DNA from: Octopus sinensis
Lineage: Eukaryota
NCBI RefSeq assembly: GCF_006345805.1
Contig: NC_043004.1
Span: 91,884,001 to 91,948,000 of the forward strand
Direction: 5' to 3'
DNA length: 64,000 bases
Position numbers and translations under genes: made by a program. The notes beneath the pieces were generated by a model. It did not search any database. It was not told the origin of the DNA and saw nothing but the letters and a program-made list of their open reading frames with translations. Of the stretch, positions 25,992 through 39,720 are shown piece by piece. Within the stretch, counting starts at the first letter, position 1. Every line of letters starts with the position of its first letter.

Positions 25992-26350
25992 GTGGAGGCG
26001 CAATGGCCCAGTGGTTAGGGAAGCGGACTCACGGTCGCTTTCGATTCCCAGACCGGGCGTTGTGAATGTTTATTGAACGAAAACACCTGAATCTCCACGA
26101 TGCTCCGGCAGCAGGTAGTGATGAACCCTGTGGTACCCTTTCGCCACAACTTTCACTCTTTCTTCCTGTTTCTGCTGTACCTGTATTTCAAAGGGCCAGC
26201 CTTGTCACACCCTGTGTCACGCTGAATCTCTCTGAGAAATATATTTAGGGTACACGTGTCTGTGGAGTGCTTGTACGTTAATTTCACGAGCAAGCTATTC
26301 CGTTGATCGGATTAACTGGAACCCTCATCCTCGCAACCGACGGAACGCCA
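25992..26350 (+). mobile_element. SINE family C
   Basis: GTGGAGGCGCAATGGCCCAGTGGTTAGGG head and a full tail. Confidence 0.9.
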
Positions 26351-27472
26351 CCAAGATATCTAACCTCTAGAACAAACAAAGGAACCTCTCTGTGGCTGAT
26401 CAAATTGTTAGATATAGAAGATTAACTCCTTCAATTCAAACCTCACAATGCCTGAAAAAAAAAAACGAAAACGAAAAAAGACTGGATTGTTACGACCAAA
26501 ATGCTTTGGTTTGTTCGATTAAGGTTAACGTGGAACTAAATACTCTCTCAAAACATTGTAATTATACACCATGGCGAGGATGGAGATTGTCTGACCGGTT
26601 GTAATTAAGACGTTTAGCTCCAGAAAAACCCTAAAGGTTCAAACCTACAACAGAAGGAGTTCCAGAGATACGTTATCCCCCTTTTAAGGTTATTTAGGAC
26701 TACATTGGTTAATATGTCATTTTCTTAAGAGGATAGTGTGTTGAAAAATATTTCTTTGTTATTTTTAGCAGATTAAACAACCATGTAAAGCTCGAATGTA
26801 AATAGATGGTAGAATACACCATCAGTTGAATGTGCCAAATGTTGGTAGACCTGCAAATATGTAACATATGAGAATAAATCTCACTTAACTATTAGTAGGT
26901 ACCATGTAAAAGTACAACCGCACCAGTTGTAAATAGGTAAATAGATACTACATGGTGGCACAATCCATTTAACTATAAATAAATGTCACTTAGAGGCACA
27001 GGCCACCGAAGTGTACACAGGTGATTTGTGGAGATATAATCAACGTAATTGGAAACAGGTGCCATTAGAGGTCGCAGTTCCCGGTAAATGGGTATTATGG
27101 TATGTGGGTACATGTAACTGTGAACGGTAGAAATGGAATATAAGATTATGTGTTCTTTATTATATAATATGGTGAACCCGAACAGCACCTTAATTATAGC
27201 GAGAGTACCGTAATTAGGATCCATCAGACTGACTTCTAAGTAAAACAAATAAGTTGAGGTGTCTCAGTAAAGATTTCTAAGACAAAACTGTGATCTTGAA
27301 ACGAAAAGGAGGAGCGCAACTCGGTTCTACACTGTTCAAAATGATGGACTATATATGGTTGGCCGAGACAGGTAACACCTTTTACTTGCAATATTTTCTG
27401 TGAACAATATATCTTGTCTTAACCATGGACAATTGATAGTAATATCTTCAAAAAGTTTACGCAGCGTCATAA

Positions 27473-27837
27473 TCTCTATATATAAAGCTGAAGCTGTCTG
27501 TGTGTGGCAGGTTTGGTAGCCTTCAACTAACACTATCTCCTCCGAGACCCTGCGGCGCAAGTTGACCAAAATTAAAGTATGAAGAAAAAATTCAAATCGG
27601 ACCATGTTAAGACCAAAAATTATTTACATCAAAACGGTGCTTTTTTTCTATGAAAATCCCTATTTTTAAAGATTTTTTGACTGCTGTATCGTCATTTTTC
27701 GGTGTATTTCAACTAGAAAAATGTTCACTTAAAGAGAATAACAAGCTACATAATGCAAAACTTTTACTTTTCGGAAATTCCAATTCTAAAGGGTCGAAAA
27801 GAAAAGAAACCCGTGCAACGCCGGGAAATACTGCTAG
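27473..27837 (+). mobile_element. Non-autonomous Helitron-like element, third internal type
   Basis: A|TCTCTATATATAAAG ... CCCGTGCAACGCCGGGAAATACTGCTAG|T. The 3' end is shared with the 18368/50378 copies. Confidence 0.75.
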
Positions 27838-28004
27838 TATTTAATAATTGCACATGTTCTGGGGCATGGCATTGATGGTCTCACTCTTGTGACATTTTCA
27901 TCAGTTGAATATAGTCATTTACACCTATATGCATATATGCTCAATCAAACGCACTACATGCATATACACACACTGATATATAATTCAATTATATACACAA
28001 GCAT

Positions 28005-28395
28005 CATCATCAGCATCATCATCATTTAGATCCGCTTTCTTCCATAGCATGGTTTACGTTCCACGGTGTCTTTGAAGCAGAGGGCTGCACCAGGCCGTCT
28101 GATCTGGCAGTGTTTCTACGGCTGGATCCCTTCCTATGCAACCACTCCGGGAGTGTAGTGGGTGCTTTTTTACGTGCAACCCGCACAGGTGCCAGACGGA
28201 GCTGGCAGACGGCCACGACGGGCTGGCAGACGGCCACGGACGGATGGTGCTTTTTACGTGCCACCGGCACGGGGGCCGGGCGAGGCTGGCAACGGCCACG
28301 ATCGGATGGTGCTTTTTACGTGCCACCGGCACGGGGGCCAGGCGAGGCTGGCAACGGCCACGAACGGATCGTGCTCTTTACGTGCCACCGGCATA
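28005..28395 (-). mobile_element. GC-rich retroposon with (GAT)n tail and internal 62-bp tandem units
   Basis: (CAT)n at 28005-28025. Unit starts at 28246, 28308 and 28370. Confidence 0.65.
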
Positions 28396-28859
28396 TAGTG
28401 CTGAAAACATGATTGCATATTAGGTCTATGTTTTTATCGAAATTTTTCTGTTATTTCTTTCAGCGGTTGGTTTAGAATAATGAGCACAAATTTTCATCAT
28501 CAATGTTTCAAGGCATCATCTTCTGAATGATGTGAAATTGGTGTGTGTTTATAGTAATTACGGCCAACGAGGTTGGTGCAATCATTATTCTCGGAAACTG
28601 AACTTTTTTATGTTATACTTTTACATTATAAGTTAGGTGTTTATTTTTGCTTGTGAGTGGACATTAACTGTGTATACGTTTTAGTATTGATTCCATAATT
28701 TACTGTTACTTTGTATGGGGTATTAGATAGAATAGAAGTGCTATTTATTGTTTACCCATCAATTATGTCTTGTATTGCGATTATTCCTTGTAAGTACACG
28801 GTGAGCGGGTAGGACAGCGTTATACTCGTACGGTGAGCAGGTAGGACAGCGTTATACTC

Positions 28860-29400
28860 GTACAGCCAACATATACAGATGTCGCAAAGACTCAATATTT
28901 CGTTCTTTTTATTCAGTAGCCGTACTTCTCGAGTTTGGATGAAAAAGTTTTACTGTAAGCATAACATATAACTTTTTTCTTAATTAGTGTACAGGGGCGC
29001 AATATCTAGCATGCTCCAAGATGTAAGGGCGTTTTCAATTCCCCTGTTCCTTATTTTCCAGACAACTTGTGACATAGGTGATGACTCTATTACTGTATCC
29101 GATAAATCACGTATACTCATTGAATCTGCTTTTAAAAGGATGTTCTGCGAGTTCACTATAGTTTCTCTGAACACTTAGCATCGCGTTTGGTGTTATAAGG
29201 GCTCTACATAAAGAGGCATGACGTATGTATTGGGAAGTTCTAGGCGGACCTTGAGTTACGGATTGGCTGTTGGAAGGGCCCCAGGGAGTATACAGCTGGT
29301 TAATCATCTTTTCAATTTCATTGACAGAATAAGAACGGCGCCTGCCCTGATCGAAAAGCACGATGAAGAAAGACATTCCAGTCGTTACCTTCTTGTCTTT
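28860..29400 (-). mobile_element. Second Penelope-like remnant (GIY-YIG endonuclease C-terminal part)
   Basis: Minus-strand fragments RALITP...NYSELAEHPFKSRFNEY, VVWKIRNRG...WSMLDIAPLYTN, MLCLQ and LLNKR resemble the PLE GIY-YIG domain and its C-terminal CxLC/LLNKR motif. Multiple frameshifts. Confidence 0.6.
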
Positions 29401-30283
29401 TTCAAGGAAGTTTATCTAGGACTACATTGTATAATGCATCTTATTTTAAAGGATACATTAGATATAACTGTTATTTCAATAAAATCGAACAGACACTTAG
29501 AGATATTCTTGTTGGTTTGGTGAAAGTGTTAGTGAATAATTGGGATGCATATAATGGATGCTCCCTCTCGTCAAAATATGTAGTCTTGTGCTTTGTTAGA
29601 AATCATTATTTTAAAAGAAAGCGGAAAACTCGTCTGTCGCTTAAATATAATCAATAATGTTTTCTGACATCAGTGACATATACAAGAACAAGCTTTTGCA
29701 AATCAACAAATACATTGGTTGGAGAACCTTTCATATATAACAAATATTTGAAAAGATTACACGCTCAGCTCCCAGATATCAACCACATATAAAAATCGAA
29801 GCAAATGGATGGTTTTAGAAAGATAAATTATGTATATTAATGTGAGAGAAAAAAAACATTATAGGAAAGTTTGTTTTTTGTCTAATGAGGTTAACATTTA
29901 GAAGTACCTTAACACAGTCATATGACTAATACTCCAGAATAATTAATAATTCACAGGAATTTATAAATATTTACGACCCACCCATAACCTATAGCGATAT
30001 GCGAGCGTTTGATGAGTCGAAAAAATGCCCTAGTTTCGATTTCGCTTATTTTGCTTATGCTTTTGTAAATGGCTCTAGGAGATTCTGGTCTAAGATATAG
30101 GACCATTCTTCCTATGTTATTTGTTTACTGATTTCTGCCATTGGGCTGTGCGAACGTTGAGACACCAGCTTCAAATGTCTTAGACGTTGATATAGGCCCC
30201 AGCACTTATTTAAGTCAGCCACTTATGTTATTGATTTCGGTTTACCAAATGGATAAGTAAACTTTCTGACATAAAAGTACATA

Positions 30284-30690
30284 GGCGCAGGAGTGGCTGT
30301 GTGGTAAGTAGCTTGCTAACCAACCACATGGTTCCGGGTTCAGTCCCACTGCGTGGCATCTTGGCAAGTGTCTTCTGCTATAGCCCGGACCGACCAAGCC
30401 TTGTGAGTGGATTTGTAGACAAAACTGAAAAGCCTGTCGTATATATGTATATATATATATGTGTGTGTATGTGTGTGTGTGTTTGTGTTTGTCCCCCTAG
30501 TATTGCTTGACAAGCGATGCTGGTGTGTTTACGTCCCCTAACTTAGGGGTTCAGCAAAAAGACCGATAGAATAAGTACTGGGCTTACAAAGAATAGTCCC
30601 GAGTCGATTTGCTCGACTAAAAGGCTGTACTCCAGCATGGGCGCATCAAATGACTGAAACAAGTAAAAAGAGAGTAAAAAGTAAAGAGTA
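30284..30690 (+). mobile_element. SINE family B, full length
   Basis: Full match. Confidence 0.9.
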
Positions 30691-31252
30691 ACACGATACG
30701 CCAATTCATACCAGTACGTCCAGACAATTTTCTTACATGAGTTGATTCTATATATAACGGGTCTCTGTAGTTTCCGTTTAAGAAATTTAACTCGGGAATC
30801 ATTGGTCAACCAAATAAGGCACCACACAGTAGTGCCAAAATAGCAAACTTATTAACCTCATGGCTATTACTTTTTATTATTTTTTGACGTTCTTTGATAA
30901 ATTAATCAACCACAAATTGTGTGTCAGTCACTGACAATATAGTTAATTTACTAGTATAGTACTTAATGCAATGAGCATCATTAATATTAATAGAAATACT
31001 TAGGTGATGAGGAAAGCACAACACATCAATGGCCAGTATTAGTTTAATCAGTTTGGCAAATATGACTGACAAATCCAGATATGTTTGGTTTTAACAGACA
31101 TTTTAGGTAAGGCACAGACTTCATCGTTCATGTTGAAGAAGTGACGCGAAGATGAATAAATATATATATAACAGGGGTGAAAGTGAAACATGTTATAAAA
31201 TAAATACATGAATTATATTCCTATGTATCAGATAACTCTATGGATTAGATAA

Positions 31253-31460
31253 TCTATAAAACTGAGAATGTGTGTGTGTGTGTGTGTCTGTCTGTTTGTC
31301 TGTCTGTATGCGTGCATCACTAAAACTCGAGAACTACTCAACCGATTTCGTTCAAATTCTACACATGCCTTTTCAACTTCTTGCCTAATGCGAGCCCGGA
31401 GCAATCTCTTAACTCTTACACTATTTCAGTATTACGTGTTAAAAGTGAAACCATAACATC
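31253..31460 (+). mobile_element. Helitron/DINE-like 5' fragment
   Basis: A|TCTATAAAA, then a (GT)n block and CCGATTTCGTTCAAATT, like the 5' end of the 23656-24026 element. No 3' CTAG end found. Confidence 0.45.
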
Positions 31461-31544
31461 GCCATTGTAATATAAGATACTTTCAGTTTAGTAGTTTCAC
31501 TATTAATAGTGAAACTATTAAAGTGAAGCTATTATCTCACATAT

Positions 31545-31549
31545 ATACA

Positions 31550-31591
<42 letters not shown>

Positions 31592-31655
31592 TATACTATA
31601 TATATAATATATATATATATATGTTATATATATTTTATATATATATACATCTATC

Positions 31656-31688
<33 letters not shown>

Positions 31689-32010
31689 GTACATATATAT
31701 GTATATATATATGTATATTACATATATATATACATATCTATATATGTACATATATATATTACATATTATATATATGCATATATGCATATATTATGTGTAT
31801 GTATATGTACCTATATATAAGTATGTATATGTACAAATATATATATATGTATATATATATATATACATATTTATATACATGTATATATATGTATATATAT
31901 ATATATCTATATATATGCGTTATATATGTATGTATATATGTGTTTATATATATATGTATCTATTGATATGTATATCTATCTATCTATCTATATATATATA
32001 TGTGTGTGTG
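31545..32010. repeat. (TA)n-rich degenerate microsatellite
   Basis: Seen directly. Confidence 0.95.
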
Positions 32011-33194
32011 TGTTTGTTTGTACCCTCACCATCGCTTGACGATCGATATTGCTGTGTTTACGTCCCCGTAACTTAGCCGTTTGGCAAAACACACCGATAG
32101 AATAAGTTGTAGGCTTACAAAGAATACATTTTTTCGACTAAAAGTGGTACTCCAGTTTGGCCGCAGTCACATGACCGTAACAATGCCATTTACCTATGCC
32201 ATTTGAACCCCGAACAACTCCGGGTATCTGTGCTAGTTTCTAAAAAAAAATTAGAGATATTCTAAGAGGGATGATTAAAATAAGCCATCTGCAGTTATAG
32301 AAGGAATAAGAAGGCCTTCGCTACGGAAACTATCTCGGTAAAGAAATTCTCCTAATAGTCAATATGTGTGAAAAAGAAAATACGCTGGGCTATGAATAAC
32401 TTTATCAGATTCCAGAACACGTTTTTTTTTTATCAGCTACAGAGTCAGAATCCGTTGTTCATAGGCCACTAAGAATTGCTGTTCCTATACTTAAACTGCA
32501 AATACTAACTTCACTGATATGTGAAAAGCTTTGTCAAGCTTGAATGAATTAATCAGAGGCACACTAAGCAAGGATGATTAAAATAACGTTGTCTGTAATT
32601 ATGTTTAACACGTTCGTATAGGTACAGACATGGAAACATCTTCGCTGCAGACACTGTCTCAGAGAGAAACTTTCCTTATAGACAATCTGTATGAAAACAC
32701 ACGGCACCGAGCTACGAATGACGTCATCACGTGTACATGGTACGTGTTTTTTTAAATATATATTTATATGTTGGTACGGTTCATATAGGGAGTATATCTG
32801 ATCCACGTGGCAGCTGTATATAACTGTTGCATAGAGTGACTGTAAGTGATCCGTGTAACTATATACGGTTCAAGTAAAGACTAGTTAACTCTATTTATAT
32901 GATGTCAAATATACGAAAGGTAAAACTCTCTTCTGCAGTGGATATCAGTTTAATCTGTTTACAGGTGATTCAACTAGAATATTGTAACTTATTAACTATG
33001 AATATAGTGTTGGTGACGGGTTAGAAATCACACGCAAGCTGATTAGATATCTACTACTCCATATAATCAACTTACTACAGTTCAATGGATGTACAGCTCT
33101 ATGAAATTGACAAGAGTAGCGATGACGTGGAATTTTTGAGTGTGTTTTTATCATGAGAGAAACTCTCATACTAGTTTTAACTCTGTCCCTGCAG

Positions 33195-33227
33195 TTGTGG
33201 CGTGAACTCGAAAATCAACTTCTCAAG
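33195..33227 (+). other. Candidate 33-nt exon
   Basis: Acceptor TTTTAACTCTGTCCCTGCAG and donor AAG|GTAAGG. Open as LWRELENQLLK or CGVNSKINFS. Confidence 0.4.
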
Positions 33228-34044
33228 GTAAGGTAACATGACAATGAAGCGAGCTATAAACGTGTAACGACTCTTGAGAAGAAAGAGAAGTCCGTAAGAT
33301 CTTTGCAGTCCTACCCTGGCTGGTGAGGTCAATGAAATTGCTTCTCAATTTGAACTTCTGTAAGAAGGAAACGCGAGCAGTGAAGGAACACCAGAGAATT
33401 TCGGTTCTGGGTTAAAATGTTTAGTTTGGGGCTTCTAGAGTAAGAAACATAATGAACAACTGTGAGTTGAGAAACGGCTGCGTTGAATGAGGTTAGATAG
33501 AAGCGGTGCCCAGTTTGCTGTTCTGAGGGCCAGAAGCAATTTTTATATCATAAAAGAGACAGAAGACACAGCATATCTGGGATCGGATGGTTATAGAATG
33601 TTGGCAAATGAGTCCCTGTCAATCAGATAAAGGGCTTTTATTTTAGATGCTAAAATAGATGCTCACAAGTATTGTATAGCAAAGGTAGCAACATCCTCCC
33701 ACATATGAGAGCAGCATTTTAATGTGGGTCTTTTTTTAGCTTTCTTGAGGATCATTAACAAACTAGGACCTATGTAATGAATGTCATGTAATTTATCATC
33801 TGTTATTTTAAACCTTTTTTATACTCTACTTCAATTTGCAGTGATACATGTATTTACTGACACGCCTGGAGAGATTCATGACTTTGTAATTGATTAGAAA
33901 TAGAAATATTTAAAACTGCTTGAGGAAACTTACACCAACATTATTTAATTAATCAGTTACGTATGTAAATGAAATGTTTTCTATTAACCATAATTTTTTT
34001 ATGGATGAAGTATTTTTGTTTTTACTTATTTACAACTACGGGTT

Positions 34045-34810
34045 GCAAGCAGGCAGAATCGTTTGCACACCGGGCAAAATGCTCAGCGGTATTTCGTCCC
34101 GACCAGATGGACATTGCTTGTCATCATTTCGGAGTCGATAAAATAGTACCAGTTGAATAATGGGATCGATGCAATCGACTTGGCCCCTCTCCAATAACTG
34201 CTGGTCTTATGCCAAAATTTCAAAACCAATATTTATATCTACACTATGAACGATTTTATCTCCGATCATTGACAGGTGTCTTATAACTGGACATGTAGAT
34301 AGTTCAGATTGGGCTGGAACAAGGAACCTTTATTTCTAAGGTAAAGGTAATGTCCAATGATCAACGTACGCATTGCACATGCATCAGAAACCTAAAGGGT
34401 GAGAAAGTTAGTGCTCTAAAATTAAATTGATCAAAAGGTAATAAATACTGGTTTCAAGTTTTGACACAAGGCCAGCAATTTTGCGGGAACGGGTAAATCG
34501 ATTACATACCCTCCCAGTATTTGACCCCGAAAAGGGGGAAAACAAAGTCATATCCGGTGGTATTTCAACTCGGAACATAAAGTCGGAAGAAATGCCGCAC
34601 GTAACGATTCTGCCGCTCGTCGCTTTAAACGTGGTAAATATTGATTTTAAATTTTGGCACAAGGCCAGCAATTTCGGGGAAAAATAGTAATTCAATTACA
34701 TTGACCCCAGTGTTCATCTGGTACTTATTTTATCGACCTTGAATGGATAAAAGGCAAAAATCAACCGCGGCAGCATTTGAACTCAGAACGTAAAATCAGG
34801 AGAAATGCCT
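34045..34810. mobile_element. Cluster of diverged family A SINEs (34045-34228 +; 34455-34625 -; 34650-34810 -)
   Basis: Body motif matches in each copy. Confidence 0.7.
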
Positions 34811-36274
34811 TTAATGTGGTAAATATTAAGAAAGAAAAGGGATGCTTTTAGTTACAGTATTTAGTCACGTAATATGGCGTATTAAGTTAAAATTCTGTGG
34901 AGGTCGATTCTGACGTTGATAAATTTGAGCACTAGGGTCGATTGTATCGTGTTAGGGGTCCTGAGGTCAATGAAGAACTCAAAATTCATAAATAACCACG
35001 AAAATTGTCTGCAGCTAAAAAAAAAAAAATCTCAAGAAAGGCCTGCTTTGCAAAGGCAGTGAAAGGACACAAATCGCAGAGCAGTGGTCTAAATGTCCTT
35101 CAGTACTTAGTTATATCATCTTATATCTTGAGATTAAACCTCACTTGGGTGGGTCGATTTCCCTTTAATTCTCTTGGATGATGTGTCAATAAGATTAAGT
35201 ATTAGTCATGTTGAATAAAGGAGCAATAATTCTCTCTCTCCGAGGATGTATAACCTTATATCAATGAGAATAAAAAGATCAATATGTTACATCCCTTTAA
35301 TTTCCGAGTTCAAATCTCGCCAGAGTTAATTACCTTACACCTGTATCAGATCAATAGCATTAAATATCAACCAAAACAATGAAAATCAATATAATCAATG
35401 AAAGTACATTCTTAAAGTCTTCTGGTACCAAAGTTGGAAAATCAATACTCTATTCATCCACCCATCCATCCATCCATCCATTAAGCTTTCCGGCCCACAA
35501 TTCCATGGGTCTCTTCCGTAGGGTCCTATAAGAAGCGACCGTCATTAGTCGTTCCATTTTCTTTCCTTCGGAACTTAGGTAAAGGGCTCCGCTCGAAAAG
35601 TATATTGCAGCCTCTATTCAGTGCCGCTACAATACAGTTAAACCTTAAACGTTTCCTGGGAGATATGACCGGCAGCACAAGAGACGCGTATCCTAGGACC
35701 CTGAAGTTGGTCCAGGAAATAACAACCGTCAGTGAGTGGGCAAATCATACCTTTTTCCTAATATAAGGACATTGCCTTTTGTGAAGTAAAATCCCACAAA
35801 AGTATGTTATATTTATAGGAGCACAAAATAAAATATCGGCGGAATATCTAACGGAAATTCAAAGATTCAAGAAAAACCCAAACATGGTTAGCTAAGCCAA
35901 ATTATATGCTATATAATACTTTACGAATTTTCTGCTACTAACTTATCATTACACATCACCGTTTCAGTCAGTGGACATTTATAGGTGGTTAAAATTTGAT
36001 GACATACGAAGCGTTGACAAGATTACAGCTGCTAAGGATCCCAAAATAAAAACACAAATTATCGTCTTGTTATTACTAAAGTCGCATTCTCAACTTAATT
36101 TGGAACATTTAATTCTAAAATTATACAACAGGCTAAGTTTTCATTTATATACAGCAGAATTAATTGTCTACTGTTGTTATTTTGACTTCGCTTTCTGTAT
36201 GGAGATTTACATATACGCATACATATTTAGATACACACATGGTTACGTGCATGCATACATGCATAGATACATAG

Positions 36275-37500
<1,226 letters not shown>

Positions 37501-37838
37501 ACATTCATACGCACAGTCACTGACCTGACCCAATGAGAACCAAAATTTACTAATAAATACGTACAAACGCACTCATACACGTTGCATGTCAGTAATGTAT
37601 TTTTGACTGATTACATACATCGGTGTATATCTATAATTATACGCGTGCATGTGTCTGTGTATGAGTGTATGTACATATGCGCATAGTTGCCAAATATGTT
37701 AGAAGTTTATGTACGAGCGCATGCGCGTGCACATACACGTACACAGAACCCATATACAAATATACACCAGATTTTCGTTTTCTACAAATACTCGAAACAG
37801 TATTCGATACATGCTGCAGAGTATATATATTAAAAGCT

Positions 37839-37881
<43 letters not shown>

Positions 37882-38304
37882 ATATTATATAATTTACTAT
37901 AAAATTGGATTTAATCCTAAATCTGATTTTTTCCCTGTAAATTTGGATTTATTCCCTAATATTTATTATTATTATATATATATATATATATACGTACATA
38001 CACACGTGCGTATGTGAGTGTGTATGTGTGTGTATTCATGTATTATATATGTATATAAACCTTAAAAGGTCAGGCAATATGCGTGATGATTATATTTATG
38101 TAACCACTTGTCATTTCTAGGATTACGGCCGTTTCGCAGCCCTTTTCCTATAATGATAGATTTTGTGCATAATAAATTATGTTTAGATACGTGCGCTAAT
38201 AGGCATCCACACACACACACACACACACACACAGAACCCATATTCAAATATATACCATATATATATTATATATTATATATATTATCTGTCTGTCTGTCTG
38301 TCTG

Positions 38305-38400
<96 letters not shown>

Positions 38401-38403
<3 letters not shown>

Positions 38404-38747
38404 GTTGTATACTGTTAACTCAATATGACAGTCCCGAAAGGGAATTAGACCACCGCCATTTAGCCCTAGGAAACATCGACGTCTCCTGTCGGCTTTGACA
38501 CATTTTCTGTGTCCTTATATTTGCAAAGAGGAGGCAATCATCCCCACACGCTGGGACAAGGCACTTGAAGACATATGTTTCAGGTGCCTTGTCCCAGCTT
38601 GCGGGGGTGATTGCCTCCCCTTTGCAAATATAAGGACACAGAAAATGTATCAAAGCCGACAGGAGATGTCGATGTTTTCTGGGGCTAAACGAAGATGGTG
38701 TAATTCCCTTACGGGACTGTCACATTGAGTTGACAGTATACGACCAC
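38401..38747. mobile_element. 347-bp near-perfect palindromic MITE, TA-flanked
   Basis: Arms run from GTGGTTGTATACTG to CAGTATACGACCAC. Centre ACATATGT at 38571-38578, with no spacer. Confidence 0.9.
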
Positions 38748-38807
38748 TATATCACTCCAACACCGCTTATGTCTCTCTGAGACATTTAAAAATTCAATAT
38801 TTCTAAT

Positions 38808-38907
<100 letters not shown>

Positions 38908-38993
38908 TTATAGTGAGAATTTACAAAAAACAAAAGACGAGTGTGTAAACAACAAACAGATGTATTAGTTTAAAGCTCGGGAAGTGAGAAAGT

Positions 38994-39029
38994 CTTTTAC
39001 GTTTCGAGCCTACGCTCTTCGACAGAAAG
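38994..39029 (-). ncRNA. Minimal type-I hammerhead-like motif (one core substitution)
   Basis: Minus strand CTTT-CTGTCGA-A-GAGC-gtag-GCTC-GAAA-CGT-A-AAAG. Confidence 0.55.
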
Positions 39030-39329
39030 GAACACAGAAATAAACAGGGAGAGAAAATAGAAAAAGGTTTAGTGGCTAGCGATCTATCATGGCGAAAACC
39101 TAACAGAGGTGTCACACAAGAGAGCTAGGAAGAAGGGTAGATAATAAAGTAGTCATGATCCCTAAACGAAACTGCGCGTGCGTGTATATGTAAGAGCGTG
39201 TAGGTGCGTGTGGAAGGGGACTGGTGATATTGACGTGTGCGTGTGTGCATGTGTAGGTGTGTGGATGATGGTGTAGGTGCTGGGAAGTGGTCAGTGCTAG
39301 TGTGTGCTATAGTGTGGGTGCTGAGAAGT

Positions 39330-39720
39330 TGTCAGTGCAAATGTGTGCGGGGTGGTGTGCTGGGTAGTGTGCAGGATGGTGTGGTGGTGTGGTGTGGTGG
39401 TGTGGTGTGGTGGTGTGGTGTGGCGGTTTGTGGTGTGGCGGTTTGTAGTGTGGTGTGTGGTGTGTGGTGTGGTGGTGTGGTGGTGTGGTGTGATGATGGT
39501 GTGGGGATATGGGGGAGGCGAGAGTGGGGGAAGCAAGGGTGGTGTCTAAGGGATGAGGTGGGGTAGGATGGAATGTATAGGGACGGAGGGTCTAGAATAT
39601 GTAGGGGTGGGTAACGAGGGACGGGTGACGATGAAGGGAGAGGGTGGAAGGGAGAAGGTGGGTAGGAGTGAAGAGAGGAAGTAGGTGTGAGAGGAAGAGG
39701 GGAGAGAGGAGGAGAGTTGA
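39330..39720 (+). repeat. G/T-rich then purine-rich low-complexity tract
   Basis: (GGTGT)n-like block followed by many GGG/GGGG runs. Confidence 0.85.

Noticed and set aside
28161-28395. Regularly spaced repeats as a CRISPR-like array
   Set aside because: The whole unit repeats with no unique spacers, in a eukaryotic retroposon context.
38420-38728. Twin 77-aa ORFs on opposite strands
   Set aside because: A by-product of the palindrome. No domain recognised.
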